From Candidatus Aminicenantes bacterium (lineage in GTDB: Bacteria; Acidobacteriota; Aminicenantia; Aminicenantales; Saccharicenantaceae), in assembly GCA_963742235.1 (NCBI GenBank), contig CAVULT010000005.1:36508-100507 (forward strand): a DNA stretch of 64,000 nucleotides. The letters are read 5' to 3'. The notes under the pieces were generated by a model. That model was given only the letters and a program-made list of their open reading frames with translations, was not told where the DNA came from and did not search any database. Positions 62,447 through 64,000 of this stretch are shown piece by piece. Position 1 is the stretch's first letter. Each line of letters starts with the position of its first letter. The position numbers were made by a program, and so were the translations under genes.

Positions 62447-63940
62447 GGCCTGTGATCTCCTTTCTCCGGGCCCGCGGGCGGGGCCAGGGTCCCGGTATCG
62501 TGCGTGAACTGGACCAGGGCCAGGAACCAGTCGGATCTGGCCCGGACGAGCTGAACGCGCCCGTCGGCGAGAACCGATTGGGCGGCCAGCAGGTCGAGGA
62601 TGCTGCCGACGCCCTCCTTGTAGCGGCCCAGGGCGACGTCATAAGAAGCCTCGGCGCTTGCCAGGAGGTCCTTGGCGGTCACGATCTCCTGCTCCGAGGT
62701 CTTGAGGCCGTAGTAGCTCGTCCAGACCTGGAGCTCGACCGAGCGGTCGAGGTCGGTCATCCGGTCGCGGGCCCCTTCGGCCAGCGCCTTGGCCTCCAGG
62801 ACGGCGTACTGTTGGAGCCCGAAAAGGAAAGACAGATCGACCGTGGCCGAAATCGCATAGAAGGGGTTCGAAACCGGGTTGCCGCGATAATAGATGCGGC
62901 CGGCGTTGCCGCTGAGCGAGAGGGAGGGAAAGAACGTCGAACGGGCCTTCCTGACGGCGGCCTCGGCTTCGAGAACCTGGGCGCGGGCGGCGGCCAGGTC
63001 GGGCCGCCTGGCTTCCGCCTCCTCGATGGACAGGTCGACCTGTTTGGATCACGGATTCGAACGGGATGTCCTCGGGAAGACTTTCGGCGACCTCGAATGG
63101 AACGGCGGCCGGGAGTCCCATCGCGCTGGCCAGGGCGCCGTGGAGGGTCTGGATGAGCCCGCGCGTCGTCACGAGCTGGAGGTCGATCGTCGACAGGGCC
63201 GTTTTGGCCTGGAGAACGTCGGCGATGGTGGCCACGCCGGCCCGATGGCGGTCGTTAGAGGCGTCATAGTTGGCCTGTGCGCCTTTGCGGCTCGTCTCCT
63301 GGGCTTCGAGGAGGGCCCGGGCGGCGAGATACTGATAGTAGACGTCTTCGATCCCGAGGATGACGTTTTGCAGGACCGCGTTCTGGGTCCAGTTGGCCGC
63401 TTCGAGCGCCAGCCGGGCCGACCGGACATCGGCCTCCCGCCCCCCGAAATCGAAGATCAGGAAGTTGAGGCTGGCCGCCGGCGTCAACGTCGTCTGGTTG
63501 ATGATGAACTGGCCCCCGGCGAAGACCGCCTTCTGTTTGGTGCCCGTGAGCGTCGCGGCGATCGAGGGGAGGTAGGCGCCCAGGGAAATGCTCACGGCCG
63601 CGGAGGCGGCCCGGGCCGCGTTCCAGGCCGCGCGCGTCTGAGGGTTGTTGGTGAGGCCGACGTCGACGATGTCCGCCAGGGTCCACATCCGTCCCGGAGC
63701 CTGGAGCTCGGCGGGGATCGCAGGGGCGGGAATGGGCTCGGGCGGCTTCGCCTCCCTGGCCGGCGGAGTCCACGGCCGCGCGGGCGAATCCGCCGTACGT
63801 CGCGTGAGGCCGCCCATCGTCGCGCACGCGGCCAGGACGGACGCGGCCAAAAGGGCCGCGGCGGCCTTGAAGAACAGGCCGTGCCAACGGTCCGAACGTT
63901 TGGGAGATGACAGAGACTGAAGCTCGGGACTTGCGGACAT
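62443..63940 (-). pseudogene. TolC-like outer-membrane efflux factor, interrupted as sequenced by a 1-nt frameshift near 63040-63050
   Basis: The first half (lipobox LAAC, WTLADIVDVGLTNNPQTRAAW...) lies in the frame of ORF 62639..63952, up to ...LPEDIPFESVIQ. The second OEP repeat (VDLSIEEAEARRPDLAAARAQVLEAEAAV...MTDLDRSVELQVWTSYYGL...) lies in the frame of ORF 62443..62760. Confidence 0.85.
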
Positions 63941-64000
63941 GTTCAACCTCACACCTGCCCTCTCGCTAATGAGCCGAGGTGGCTGACCGGACTCCGGGGT

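Overview
This is a high-G+C bacterial chromosomal segment. Gene content (a TIGR03436-type VWA protein, tricorn protease, HEAT-repeat/ECF modules) suggests an Acidobacteriota-like organism, but that is only a tentative guess. I can support about 50 protein genes, one tRNA-Leu(GAG), several promoter and terminator candidates and two small repeats. I saw no rRNA, CRISPR array, transposase or integrase. Layout: (1) 1.4-11.9 kb is a kdpFABC K+ pump locus. It sits behind an NtrC-type sigma-54 activator, a KinB-like histidine kinase and a near-consensus -24/-12 promoter. It is followed by a kinase-less KdpD-N/Usp protein fused to a PTS EIIA(Ntr)-type domain and by an output-less sensor paralog. (2) 12.2-16.9 kb (minus strand) is a kaiC-kaiB-kaiB-hybrid PAS histidine kinase operon with no kaiA. 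The KaiC carries a roughly 100-aa coiled-coil tail. (3) 17.5-40.9 kb holds envelope and housekeeping genes: VWA, OmpA, M6 protease, AKR, GH3, apt, thiE, tsaE, nnr, a diguanylate cyclase, gap-pgk-tpiA-secG-tRNALeu, trxC, tricorn, an AlkD-like protein and hemW. (4) 41.1-46.1 kb is an ECF sigma / anti-sigma / two HEAT-repeat proteins / Met-rich YHS protein module. (5) 46.1-50.8 kb contains three multiply frameshifted genes (PmoA-family, Nramp-like, cupin) around one intact oxidoreductase. (6) 50.9-63.9 kb holds a large Ser/Thr kinase with its own sigma-54-type promoter, a DUF5916 protein, a serine hydrolase and an RND efflux operon. Single 1-nt frameshifts also interrupt kdpA, pgk, the efflux outer-membrane factor and the edge peptidase gene. 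Assembly indel errors therefore have to be separated from real gene decay. The ORF track omits ORFs that run off the window edge and ORFs under 60 aa. It also lists many long antisense shadow ORFs, which I rejected. All frameshift positions are approximate because they were read by eye.
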